20,000 nt of DNA, taken from IMG/VR virus record IMGVR_UViG_2636415949_000001; one strand, given 5' to 3'. Shown piece after piece: positions 1-7,404 of the stretch. Position numbers and translations under genes: made by a program. The notes under the pieces are model-generated. The model ran no database searches and was not told the DNA's origin. It saw only the letters and a program-made list of their open reading frames with translations. The stretch comes from an uncultured virus (IMG/VR IMGVR_UViG_2636415949_000001) (Duplodnaviria; Heunggongvirae; Uroviricota; Caudoviricetes). Each line of letters starts with the position of its first letter. The first letter of the stretch is position 1.

Positions 1-479
1 AGTCGGATTTATTAGCAATTACGCAAAACGTCGATAGGAAGACGCGGGCCGCCGTGAGGAAAGCCGTTTCGGATTCGATGCGGCTTAATATGACCAAAGG
101 GACGAACGGACGGCGGAGCATAACGGATCTGGTGCGCAAGTCTCTTCGGGCTTCGGTGAATACCGGCATTATTGACGCGAGGGGAAATCGATGGAAGCCG
201 GAAGTGTATGCGGACATGGTCGTCCGTACAAAGATGATGGAAACCTACCGGGAAGCTCATACGAATGAGGCGGTAAGCCGCGGAGCTTATTATGCGCAAA
301 TTTCGTCGCACGGAGCGAAGGATCTATGCCGTCTCCACGAGGGACAAATCATTAAGCTGACCGACGACGCTCCCGGCAATTATCCGACATATGACGAACT
401 CAAAGCGACCGGTGAGATATTTCATCCGCGTTGTAAGCACGTAATTTCCACAATAAGAAACCCATCAAGCGCCGTGTAG
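1..479 (+). CDS. Phage minor capsid / head morphogenesis protein, C-terminal part (5' end outside the window)
   Basis: Frame is open from position 3 to TAG at 477-479. Motifs D..G.RW....Y..MVVRT, SSH....C...EG and FHPRCKH are typical of phage minor capsid protein 2. Lies directly upstream of scaffold and capsid genes. Confidence 0.8.
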   Translation, partial: SDLLAITQNVDRKTRAAVRKAVSDSMRLNMTKGTNGRRSITDLVRKSLRASVNTGIIDARGNRWKPEVYADMVVRTKMMETYREAHTNEAVSRGAYYAQISSHGAKDLCRLHEGQIIKLTDDAPGNYPTYDELKATGEIFHPRCKHVISTIRNPSSAV

Positions 480-492
480 CGCTTTTTATTTT
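467..492 (+). terminator. Intrinsic terminator-like hairpin after the minor capsid gene
   Basis: AAGCGC-cgtgta-GCGCTT followed by TTTATTTT. Confidence 0.55.
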
Positions 493-568
493 GTCCGAAC
501 GTTATGACGTTAAAAGAAACGGCTGCATCACTCAATAGCCGACGGGCTTTAAGCGGTGGAGGGACTGT

Positions 569-1240
569 ATGAGCGAAGAACTTAAAGAAACGCAAACAAG
601 CGAGGTTACCGATCAAACTACGGCTGAGGTGCCGGAAAATAAACCTGAAGCGCAGACGGTGACTATGACGCAAGAGGAATTTAACGCTGTAATTGCTCGC
701 GAAAAGGGGCGCGTTAAGAACAAGTACGCTGACTATGACGAAGTAAAGGCGAAACTCAGCGATTACGAAAAAGCCCAGAAAGAGCGAGAAGAGGCGGAAA
801 TGACCGAGCTGGAAAAGCTTACGAAACAGCTCGACGAAAAGGCCGAAGCTGAAGCCGCCTTCGTAAAGCAGATCGAAGATTTAAAAGCGGCTGCTGAACA
901 GGAAAAAGTGGCGAACGAATTTATCAAGGTTGCTACGAGCAACGGCATCGCCTACATTGACGACGCTTTACGTCTGGCTGACCTATCCGCGGTAAAGGTT
1001 GAGGACGGAAAAGTAATCGGCATGGAGGACGTTGTAAAGGGGCTCGTTGACAATAAACCATACTTGGTTGCGAAACAGCAAACGCTGAAGCCGATCGGCC
1101 AACCCTCTAATAGCGGAGGAGACGGAGACGGCGGAGAAATCAAGACGTTAGAAGCGCAGCTAAGCGAAGCAAGGAAAGAAAAGAATTTTTCGAAGGTTAT
1201 CGAGCTTTCAAACAAATTGAAATCACTTTTGAAGAAGTAG
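569..1240 (+). CDS. Capsid scaffolding protein
   Basis: Acidic N-terminus, TMTQEEFNAVIARE motif, long coiled coil and ..NKPYL.. near the C-terminus. RBS GGAGGG 558-563. Immediately precedes the major capsid gene. Confidence 0.85.
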   Translation: MSEELKETQTSEVTDQTTAEVPENKPEAQTVTMTQEEFNAVIAREKGRVKNKYADYDEVKAKLSDYEKAQKEREEAEMTELEKLTKQLDEKAEAEAAFVKQIEDLKAAAEQEKVANEFIKVATSNGIAYIDDALRLADLSAVKVEDGKVIGMEDVVKGLVDNKPYLVAKQQTLKPIGQPSNSGGDGDGGEIKTLEAQLSEARKEKNFSKVIELSNKLKSLLKK

Positions 1241-1251
1241 GGGGAAAATAA

Positions 1252-2355
1252 ATGTTAACTAGTTACGATTTTAAAGATCAGGTACGGCAGCTTGATGCGG
1301 GGATTGAACTTATTATTCAGGATGAACCAACGTTGCTTGGTCTGATCGGCTTAAACGGAGAGGCACTTTATCAGACTAAATTCGAGTGGATGTCTGACCG
1401 ACTGAACTCAAACCTCGCGACTGTTAAATCGGTAGCGGAAGACGGAAAAATTACTGTGGCGGAAGATGACGGGGAGAAGTTCCGTAAAGATGCCATCGTT
1501 GTTATTGGCGAAGAGTATCTGAAAGTCACAAACGTGTCCGGCGATGTGCTGACGGTTGTTCGCGGATTTGACGGAACAGTTCAAGAGGAAATCAAGGCGG
1601 GCTCTGAGCTGCGCATCGTTTCCCGTCCGCAAAATGAAGGCGCTGGTGTCGGTATCGATGAAGGTCATGACCGTTATGTAGATTACAACTTCACGCAAAT
1701 TATCGAAAGGTATGCTGCTGTATCAAAAACCCAACAAGCGGTCCGCACACACAATGTGACGAGTGAGCTTGACTACCAAGTAAAGCTACGTCTTAAAGAG
1801 ATGGCGCGGGAATTTAACGACTGGTTGATCTATGGCCGCAGAATTGACGGTAAGCCTCGTACAACGGGTGGTCTTCTACACTTCGCTAGCTTGAAAAATG
1901 CTACTAGAGCTAACTTAAAAGGCGAAGAGGTTGGAGCTAAGGCAATTAACGATGTTATGGAACAAGTTTATTTAAGAGGCGGATCTGCTAACACGATTCT
2001 CACCAATACTGCGGGAGCTCGTCAAATTTCAAAATTGGCGAAAGATACTATCCGCACAGAGAGAACGGACACAGTTACAGGCCACAGAGTGAGCACCTTT
2101 GTTTCTGACATGGTAGGCGGAGGCGAGGCGACTGTAATCGTCGATCCAAACTTCCCTAAGAACAAAATCGCTTTGTTTGACCGTAACATTCTCTCTCTGC
2201 ATCCATTGAGCGAGCGCTCTGTCTACGACGAGGATGCCACAGTTCCGGGAGCTGACTTTGTTGCGCGCCAGATCCGTGGCGAATACGGAATCAAGATCAA
2301 AAACGCGAACGAAAAAATCGCCATCCTTGAAAATATCTCGACAACTGTATCTTAA
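1252..2355 (+). CDS. Major capsid protein (DUF5309/SU10-like HK97 fold) with a beta-rich insertion
   Basis: 367 aa with FEW..D.L, N.TQI....VSKTQQAV, E..LI.G....PR.TGG and GEYG.K..NE motifs. Follows the scaffold gene and is followed by a strong terminator. Confidence 0.88.
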   Translation: MLTSYDFKDQVRQLDAGIELIIQDEPTLLGLIGLNGEALYQTKFEWMSDRLNSNLATVKSVAEDGKITVAEDDGEKFRKDAIVVIGEEYLKVTNVSGDVLTVVRGFDGTVQEEIKAGSELRIVSRPQNEGAGVGIDEGHDRYVDYNFTQIIERYAAVSKTQQAVRTHNVTSELDYQVKLRLKEMAREFNDWLIYGRRIDGKPRTTGGLLHFASLKNATRANLKGEEVGAKAINDVMEQVYLRGGSANTILTNTAGARQISKLAKDTIRTERTDTVTGHRVSTFVSDMVGGGEATVIVDPNFPKNKIALFDRNILSLHPLSERSVYDEDATVPGADFVARQIRGEYGIKIKNANEKIAILENISTTVS

Positions 2356-2363
2356 TGGAAATC

Positions 2364-2391
2364 GACGGGCTTCGGCCCGTCTTTTTAATTT
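2364..2391 (+). terminator. Intrinsic terminator after the major capsid gene
   Basis: GACGGGC-ttcg-GCCCGTC (perfect 7-bp stem, cUUCGg tetraloop) followed by TTTTTAATTT. Confidence 0.85.
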
Positions 2392-2406
2392 GAAAGGAGG
2401 CCAACA

Positions 2407-2661
2407 ATGGCAATTACAGATGATCAGAAACGGAGATTAAATGAATCTATGCCAGTCGCCAACGATCTAAAGCTCGGCGACATAATTAAGGAATTACAGG
2501 AAGGCGGAGGCACGGCTGGTCCGAAAGGCGATAAAGGGGACACTGGACCTCAAGGACCGAAAGGCGATACCGGACCAAAAGGAGCGGACGGGTTCGGAAC
2601 CAAGGCGCAGTATGACGACATCATCGCGCGGCTTAAAGCGTTAGAGGGAGCTGGCTCGTAA
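2407..2661 (+). CDS. Short collagen-like (Gly-X-Y) head fibre/decoration protein
   Basis: RBS AAAGGAGG. Eight consecutive G-X-Y triplets (GPKGDKGDTGPQGPKGDTGPKGAD, 2518-2589) and a C-terminal coiled coil IIARLKALE. Confidence 0.75.
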   Translation: MAITDDQKRRLNESMPVANDLKLGDIIKELQEGGGTAGPKGDKGDTGPQGPKGDTGPKGADGFGTKAQYDDIIARLKALEGAGS

Positions 2662-2663
2662 TA

Positions 2664-2882
2664 ATGGCCGTCTATAAGGCTTCACCGTTTTATTCCGTAG
2701 GCACCGACCAGACGATCGTTTTCGACCATAAAGGCGTTTACGAAACCGATGTTCCGGCCGAAATTAAGCAGTTGAATGCATTATGTCCGCGATGGATTAG
2801 CTGTATTGCGTCAGACGATGAGACGGAAAAGGCGGAGGCTAAGGCGCCGAAAAAGCCTGCACGTAAGTCCTCCGGAAAATAA
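2664..2882 (+). CDS. Small hypothetical head-module protein
   Basis: 72 aa, tightly packed between neighbours, RBS AGGGAG upstream, Lys/Ala/Pro-rich tail. Confidence 0.65.
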   Translation: MAVYKASPFYSVGTDQTIVFDHKGVYETDVPAEIKQLNALCPRWISCIASDDETEKAEAKAPKKPARKSSGK

Positions 2883-2896
2883 GGAGGGCTGTGCGT

Positions 2897-3283
2897 ATGG
2901 CTTTAAGCGTAGAAGCTGCAAACGAATATATTAACCGAATGACAATCGATAACGAGGATTGGAACGACTATGACGCCGCAAAGCAGCAGCGTGTACTAAA
3001 CGTAGCCGAGGACGTCTTGTCTCGAAAGTTTCGTAAGTACGTCATTCCTGACGACGCAGTTTACGAGTTTACGAATGTGCTTGCGACTGCTTATAACGAT
3101 ACGAACCGCCTGAATAAGCATGGTATCGCGTCTTACTCAATCACCGGCGTCGGGTCGTTTACGTATAAGGAAACGCTTCGAGCTGACGATGAGTCTCTCA
3201 TACCGAAAAAGACAATCGACCTGATCGAAGAAGCGAACGACGTAAAACTTAGCGGCCGGACCGTAAAAGCGACGGTGATGTAA
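2897..3283 (+). CDS. Head-tail connector/adaptor protein
   Basis: RBS AAGGAGG 2881-2887 spaces best to ATG 2897. SVEAANEY...W...DAAKQQRVL..A pattern and position are typical of head completion proteins. Confidence 0.7.
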   Translation: MALSVEAANEYINRMTIDNEDWNDYDAAKQQRVLNVAEDVLSRKFRKYVIPDDAVYEFTNVLATAYNDTNRLNKHGIASYSITGVGSFTYKETLRADDESLIPKKTIDLIEEANDVKLSGRTVKATVM

Positions 3284-3619
3284 TTGGCGATCATACCAAT
3301 GCGTCAGACCGTGACCGTTACTCGTGCTTCAGATGAAATAGACGTGTGGGGAAACCCTGTGAACGTCGAGCCGTTCGAAATTAAGTGCCGAATCGACGAA
3401 GGATCTACTATTGCGAATTCACGTTCTTCCGGCGTTGTGAAGAGCGAGGAAGTCGTAGCCACGGCGCGCATCTTGGTCGATAAATTAGCCGACATCAGGT
3501 ATACGGATACACTCGCGTTCACGAACGAGCTGGGCGAAACTATTGAGCGTAAGCCGAAGGAAATAAATGTGAAACGGCATGTCAGCGGTAAGCCGATTCT
3601 GACCGAGGTAATCGTATGA
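3284..3619 (+). CDS. Head closure (stopper) protein
   Basis: TTG start abuts the previous stop. Beta-rich 111 aa with D.WG.P motif and expected gene order. Confidence 0.65.
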   Translation: MAIIPMRQTVTVTRASDEIDVWGNPVNVEPFEIKCRIDEGSTIANSRSSGVVKSEEVVATARILVDKLADIRYTDTLAFTNELGETIERKPKEINVKRHVSGKPILTEVIV

Positions 3620-4023
3620 GTTTTACGTTGGATGCTGGCGATTTTCTATCGTTGTTGGATAGCCGAGAGGCAGCCGTTGAGCAGGCAGCAAAGACAGCGA
3701 TGCATGATAACACGGATGACCTCGCTAGACTTGCGCAAAATATCGCCCCGATCGATAAAGCTACGCTCCGTCGCGGCATGAAAAAGAAGGTTACGTTAAA
3801 GCGCGATAGTTTGATCGGTGAAGTATCGTTCCGGGCCGTTGATAAAGGCTTTAACTATGCGCTATGGACCCACGAAGCGGAATACAAACTCGGACCGAAT
3901 TCGGCAAGTGCCGGCGACATTAGCGGCTATCCGGTCGGTAATAAATATCTGGAACGTCCGCTGAAAGGTGAATCACAGAAATATATTAATCACGTAGCAG
4001 ACGCGGTGAGAAGGGAGTTGTGA
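3616..4023 (+). CDS. HK97 gp10-like neck/tail-completion protein
   Basis: APIDKATLRR, YALWTHE and KYLERPL motifs. ATGA overlap with the upstream gene. Confidence 0.75.
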   Translation: MSFTLDAGDFLSLLDSREAAVEQAAKTAMHDNTDDLARLAQNIAPIDKATLRRGMKKKVTLKRDSLIGEVSFRAVDKGFNYALWTHEAEYKLGPNSASAGDISGYPVGNKYLERPLKGESQKYINHVADAVRREL

Positions 4024-4029
4024 TAATCG

Positions 4030-4431
4030 TTGAAGATAACCGAATTAATCTCGTTCATACAGTCGCGGGTTGACGGCGTTTATTACGCAAACGGATTCCC
4101 GCGGAATGCTGCAGACGAATGTACTTATGTGCGATTTACAGGCGGATTTCCTCCGTCTCAATGGACCGGAAAGAGTCAGCCGTCGTTTCAAATAATCGTA
4201 CGAGGAAAGGCAAGGGGCGACGCTGACTGCGAAGAGAAAGCGTATCAGCTTCAGGAAGCGTTAACGAATCTCCGTGAAGTGTTTATCGGTAATAGCTCAA
4301 TCGTTGTTATCCGCGCGGCCAATTCGGTGCCGTTATTTATCGGATACGACGACAATGATCGTCCCCAATACTCGTTAAATTTCGATTGTGTAGTGCGCCC
4401 TGACCGGGCGCTTTTTTTAATGCAAAAATAA
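4030..4431 (+). CDS. Tail terminator / 'minor capsid' family protein
   Basis: TTG start after AAGGGAG. P.FQIIVRG and G.D.N.R..YSLNF motifs. Precedes the major tail gene. Confidence 0.72.
   Translation: MKITELISFIQSRVDGVYYANGFPRNAADECTYVRFTGGFPPSQWTGKSQPSFQIIVRGKARGDADCEEKAYQLQEALTNLREVFIGNSSIVVIRAANSVPLFIGYDDNDRPQYSLNFDCVVRPDRALFLMQK
4395..4418 (+). terminator. Intrinsic terminator-like hairpin overlapping the last codons of the tail terminator gene
   Basis: GCGCCC-tgacc-GGGCGC followed by TTTTTTT. Confidence 0.6.
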
Positions 4432-4444
4432 AGGAGGAAAACGG

Positions 4445-4999
4445 ATGGCTGGAATTAAAACGATTCAAGTTCCTATCGGCCCCGCAATCGTCGAGTACGG
4501 CGAGGGTAAGGATATGGTGACGTTTGACATCACGAAGGGCGGCATCGTTTTTAAGGCGCAGATGTCTAAGCAGGATACAACGGTCGACCAATACGGTGAC
4601 TCGATTGTAGGCTCACGGACAAAGGGCGGAACTTGCGAATGTACCGTACCGTTTGCGATCTATGATTTAGAAAAGATTCATAAGGCGGTTCCGAACAGTA
4701 AGTACGTGTCTGACGGAGACAAAAAGAAGCTTGTAGTCAGCGGTAAAGCCGGATATGACTTGCTGAAGGACGCGAAGCCTTTACGAATTAAGCCGACAGA
4801 TCCAGAAGCGACGGCCAACGACTGGCTCACGATTCCGTTAGCTGGTGCGTCGACTGACATCGAGTATACCTATGATTCCGATAATGAGAGGATCGCTAAC
4901 CTAACGTTTACCGGTTATCCGGACACGATGGGAGAGGGCGATCTTTTTATTATGGGCGATGAAACGGCCGGTACCTCTTCTGGCTCTGGTAGCGAATAA
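4445..4999 (+). CDS. Major tail (tube) protein
   Basis: RBS AAAGGAGG. 184 aa with GPA.V..G, TKGG and DQYG motifs. Sits before the chaperone and TMP genes and is followed by a terminator. Confidence 0.82.
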   Translation: MAGIKTIQVPIGPAIVEYGEGKDMVTFDITKGGIVFKAQMSKQDTTVDQYGDSIVGSRTKGGTCECTVPFAIYDLEKIHKAVPNSKYVSDGDKKKLVVSGKAGYDLLKDAKPLRIKPTDPEATANDWLTIPLAGASTDIEYTYDSDNERIANLTFTGYPDTMGEGDLFIMGDETAGTSSGSGSE

Positions 5000-5005
5000 C
5001 GAACG

Positions 5006-5035
5006 AAAGGCATCGTCGAGAGGCGGTGTCTTTTT
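5006..5035 (+). terminator. Intrinsic terminator after the major tail gene
   Basis: GGCATCGTC-gaga-GGCGGTGTC (GNRA loop, G.U pairs) followed by TTTTT. Confidence 0.7.
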
Positions 5036-5056
5036 AATTAACGAAAGGAGAGTCGC

Positions 5057-5428
5057 ATGAACATTTTCAAAAAGAAACAGGAGACTGATTCGATCCAGCT
5101 CGGTAAGTATCCGGTCGAGGTTGCGAAGCTCACTCCGGCCAAGTGGAAACAACTTTTCGCAGCACTCGATAAAATTCCGTTTCTAGTTCTGGAAGTCTTT
5201 AGCGCGCCTAAAACTGATTTCTACTCGTATTTAGTAAGCGCGATTGAAGTCGGTATGGATGAGATCGTCGAAATTACGGCATTATTGAGCGGCGTAGATG
5301 CCGAGTACATCCGTGAAGAAGTCGGAACGGACGAAATTATCGAGTACATCACGCTCACTGTTAAAAATAACCGTCTCGATTCGCAAGCAAAAAACGTGAA
5401 GAGCCTTCTTCCGAAACTCGAAAAGTAG
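5057..5428 (+). CDS. Tail assembly chaperone (lambda gpG analogue)
   Basis: RBS AAAGGAG. 123 aa between major tail and TMP genes, with slippery heptamer A AAA AAC at 5389-5395. Confidence 0.8.
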   Translation: MNIFKKKQETDSIQLGKYPVEVAKLTPAKWKQLFAALDKIPFLVLEVFSAPKTDFYSYLVSAIEVGMDEIVEITALLSGVDAEYIREEVGTDEIIEYITLTVKNNRLDSQAKNVKSLLPKLEK

Positions 5429-5760
5429 ACGAAGAGGGCGATCCGTATACGATTGACGATTATCTGATCGAAGCGGCGATCAGTTTAGGTGTCACGCAGC
5501 ATCAAATAGAAAACGAGTTTTATATGGTGGACATACCGAAATTTGTGCGTGCCAAGACGAAGCAAGGCGCGGTAAGGCGGATAGAAGACATTCGCGTACT
5601 TCTCGCGACGAATAGCCGGGCAAGTGAGGACGACGAGTATAAACAGCTCATGAATACGTTGATTCGGGCGGCTGGTCTTCGTCCGGAAGTGAAATTCGAC
5701 CGTGAGAAATTCGAACAACTACGGGCTTTACAGGGGAATTTTCGGAAAGGAGGTAAATAG
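5389..5760 (+). CDS. -1 frameshift extension of the tail chaperone (gpGT analogue; fusion about 234 aa, join 5057..5395 and 5395..5760)
   Basis: The -1 frame is open from the slippery site (KKREEPSSETRKVDEEGDPYTIDDYL...) through ORF 5524..5760, whose ATG has no good RBS. Stop abuts the TMP start. Confidence 0.75.
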   Translation, partial: KKREEPSSETRKVDEEGDPYTIDDYLIEAAISLGVTQHQIENEFYMVDIPKFVRAKTKQGAVRRIEDIRVLLATNSRASEDDEYKQLMNTLIRAAGLRPEVKFDREKFEQLRALQGNFRKGGK

Positions 5761-6330
5761 ATGGCCGGAACAACAGTCGGAGAAATCCGGGCGCGTCTCG
5801 TATTAGACATGGCGGACTGGTCCCGACGATCTCAGCAAGCTCGAAACGATATGGATCAAATGGGCCGTTCATCAGCGAATCTGTCGAAGCAAATGGGCCT
5901 CATCCAAAAGGCTTCGCTTGCGGTCGGAGGCGCAGTCGTAGCCGGTATCGGTGTTTCCGTTAAAAAAGCGGCTGACTTCGAGGAGGCCATGTCGCGAGTT
6001 AAAGCGATCAGCGGCGCGACCGGTCAGGACTTCGAAGACCTGAAGAATATTGCGGCTAAGATGGGCGCCGAAACTAAATATACAGCGGTAGAGGCGGCCG
6101 AGGGTCTTCAATACCTCGCGATGGCGGGTTTCAGCGTAAAAGCGCAAGTCGGATCGTTGCCGGCCGTGCTCAACTTAGCGGCAGCTTCGGGCGAAGGGCT
6201 CGGACGTTCAGCGGATATCGTTTCGAATATCATGACCGGCTTTGGCATTAAAGCGGAAGACTCCGGGCATGCCGTTGACGTACTCGTAAAAGCGATGACG
6301 ACGGCCAATACGGATCTGCCGCAATTGGGT
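5761..6330 (+). CDS. Tail tape measure protein, exon 1 (codons 1-190)
   Basis: RBS GAAAGAGGT. TP901-type TMP core motifs AADFEEAMSRVKAISGATG, TKYTA.EAAEGLQYLAMAGF and NTDLPQLG. Ends in U at the P1 U.G splice site. Confidence 0.9.
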
Positions 6331-6423
6331 AAACAAAATTGCCCGGCTGCTTGGGAACAAGCTGCGTAACACCACGTGAATTCGGTGAACTCTAAGTCAC
6401 TTTAAATAATAAGTAAACGCTCA

Positions 6424-6463
6424 GTCCTTTTCTTTAAAAAGTTTCGCAGTTAAAGAGGGGGAT
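6424..6463 (+). promoter_or_regulatory. Hairpin sequestering the Shine-Dalgarno of the intron endonuclease ORF
   Basis: GTCCTTTTCTTTAA (6424-6437) pairs over 14 bp (4 G.U) with TTAAAGAGGGGGAT (6450-6463), which contains the SD for ATG 6470. Confidence 0.65.
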
Positions 6464-6469
6464 TTTTTT

Positions 6470-7231
6470 ATGCCGAAAAAAAGAACACATGAAGAATTTT
6501 TGAAAATTGTTAATGAACGCACGGAAGGAAAATATAGAATTCTTGGAACTTACGTGAATAATGTAACGCGTGTTAAGACCTTGTGTACAGTTTGCGGCAA
6601 TGAGTTTCTACTATGCCCTAAAGATTTCATCAGAAAGAACACAGGGTGTCCTGAATGCGCTAAAGCTCGGGTAGGACTGTCAAAAAGACTAAGTCCTGCC
6701 GAATTTGAAAAGCGATTTCAGGAGATGTATGGAAATGACTATGCGTTGCTTACTCCGTACAAAACCAGTAGGGAAAAAGTACGAGTTAGGCACAACATTT
6801 GTAGCCACGTCTTTGAGCCCTCGGCTAATAATCTATTAACAAAAAGGAATGAATGTCCGAGGTGCTCCATTTCCCGGGGAGAAAATTTAATCGAGCGCTT
6901 TCTGGTTAAGCGGAAAATCTCTTTTAAAATCCAATATTCATTTTCTGATTGTAAATACAAAAAACCGTTACTTTTTGATTTCGCCATTACAGAGGGCGAG
7001 AGGGTTATAGGCTTAATCGAGTTCGACGGCAGACAACACTTTAAAGCAATTGATTTTTTCGGCGGGAAAGAAGGACTGAGATTGACTAAAATTCGAGATG
7101 GCATCAAAAACGACTACTGTGAACGGAAGCGCATTCCGTTACTAAGGATTCCCTATTGGGATCTAAATAGGGTTGAGGTTGTAGTCTCGGAGTTTTTAAG
7201 TGATATGAGAATACCGAGCGAAGCCGCATAG
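6470..7231 (+). CDS. Intron-encoded putative homing endonuclease: two Zn-ribbon repeats plus a Vsr/DUF559/DUF2726-like PD-(D/E)xK nuclease domain
   Basis: Two ~60-aa repeats (C..CG.EF...GCPEC and H..C.HVF...ECPRC), then S.GE..I, FDF, IEFDGRQH, RD..KN.YC and LLRIPYW. Visibly more AT-rich than the flanking TMP. The 3' end overlaps intron P5/P4/P6. Confidence 0.8.
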   Translation: MPKKRTHEEFLKIVNERTEGKYRILGTYVNNVTRVKTLCTVCGNEFLLCPKDFIRKNTGCPECAKARVGLSKRLSPAEFEKRFQEMYGNDYALLTPYKTSREKVRVRHNICSHVFEPSANNLLTKRNECPRCSISRGENLIERFLVKRKISFKIQYSFSDCKYKKPLLFDFAITEGERVIGLIEFDGRQHFKAIDFFGGKEGLRLTKIRDGIKNDYCERKRIPLLRIPYWDLNRVEVVVSEFLSDMRIPSEAA

Positions 7232-7404
7232 GAAACTTGCGGAACGTGTAACGACTAGGTGAAGTAGTCTACGGCGTATTAGCTATGACGAAACACCCAC
7301 GAGCGCGTGGCACCCTAACGTCTTTGGCGTGGGTGAAGATATAGTCTGAGCTTGCGGGAAACCGTAAGAACTACCGGATAAAGAGCCGGTAGGATAACAA
7401 ACTG

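Larger units (their letters stand above)
6331..7404 (+). mobile_element. Group I self-splicing intron (subgroup IA-like) with an endonuclease ORF, inserted in the TMP gene
   Basis: P1 UUGGGU|AA/UUGCCCGG; P2 with GGAA loop; P3 CCACGUG 6372-6378/CGCGUGG 7304-7310; P4 UUCGGU 6381-6386/ACCGAG 7213-7218; P7 GACUA 7253-7257/UAGUC 7342-7346 within AAGAUAUAGUC; P8 7311-7335; P9 CUUGCGG-gaaa-CCGUAAG 7351-7368; further stem 7371-7392; terminal G7404. Removal restores the TMP frame and motif. Confidence 0.92.

Noticed and set aside
2234..2440. Capsid frameshift or read-through fusion to the collagen-like protein
   Set aside because: The collagen ORF is in the capsid frame but a second in-frame TAA and a strong terminator intervene. 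The alternative-frame ORF stops at 2440, and I see no convincing slippery site at the capsid end.
5761..6369. TMP as a pseudogene or as two separate genes (202 aa and 740 aa)
   Set aside because: The break is exactly explained by a group I intron with canonical U.G 5' and terminal-G 3' sites. The last 12 codons of the 202-aa ORF are intron sequence, and ATG 7411 has no convincing RBS.
6331..7404. Insertion sequence, group II intron, intein or DGR/retron
   Set aside because: No terminal inverted repeats, target duplication or transposase; no GUGYG...AY ends or reverse transcriptase; the insert contains in-frame stops, so it is not an intein.
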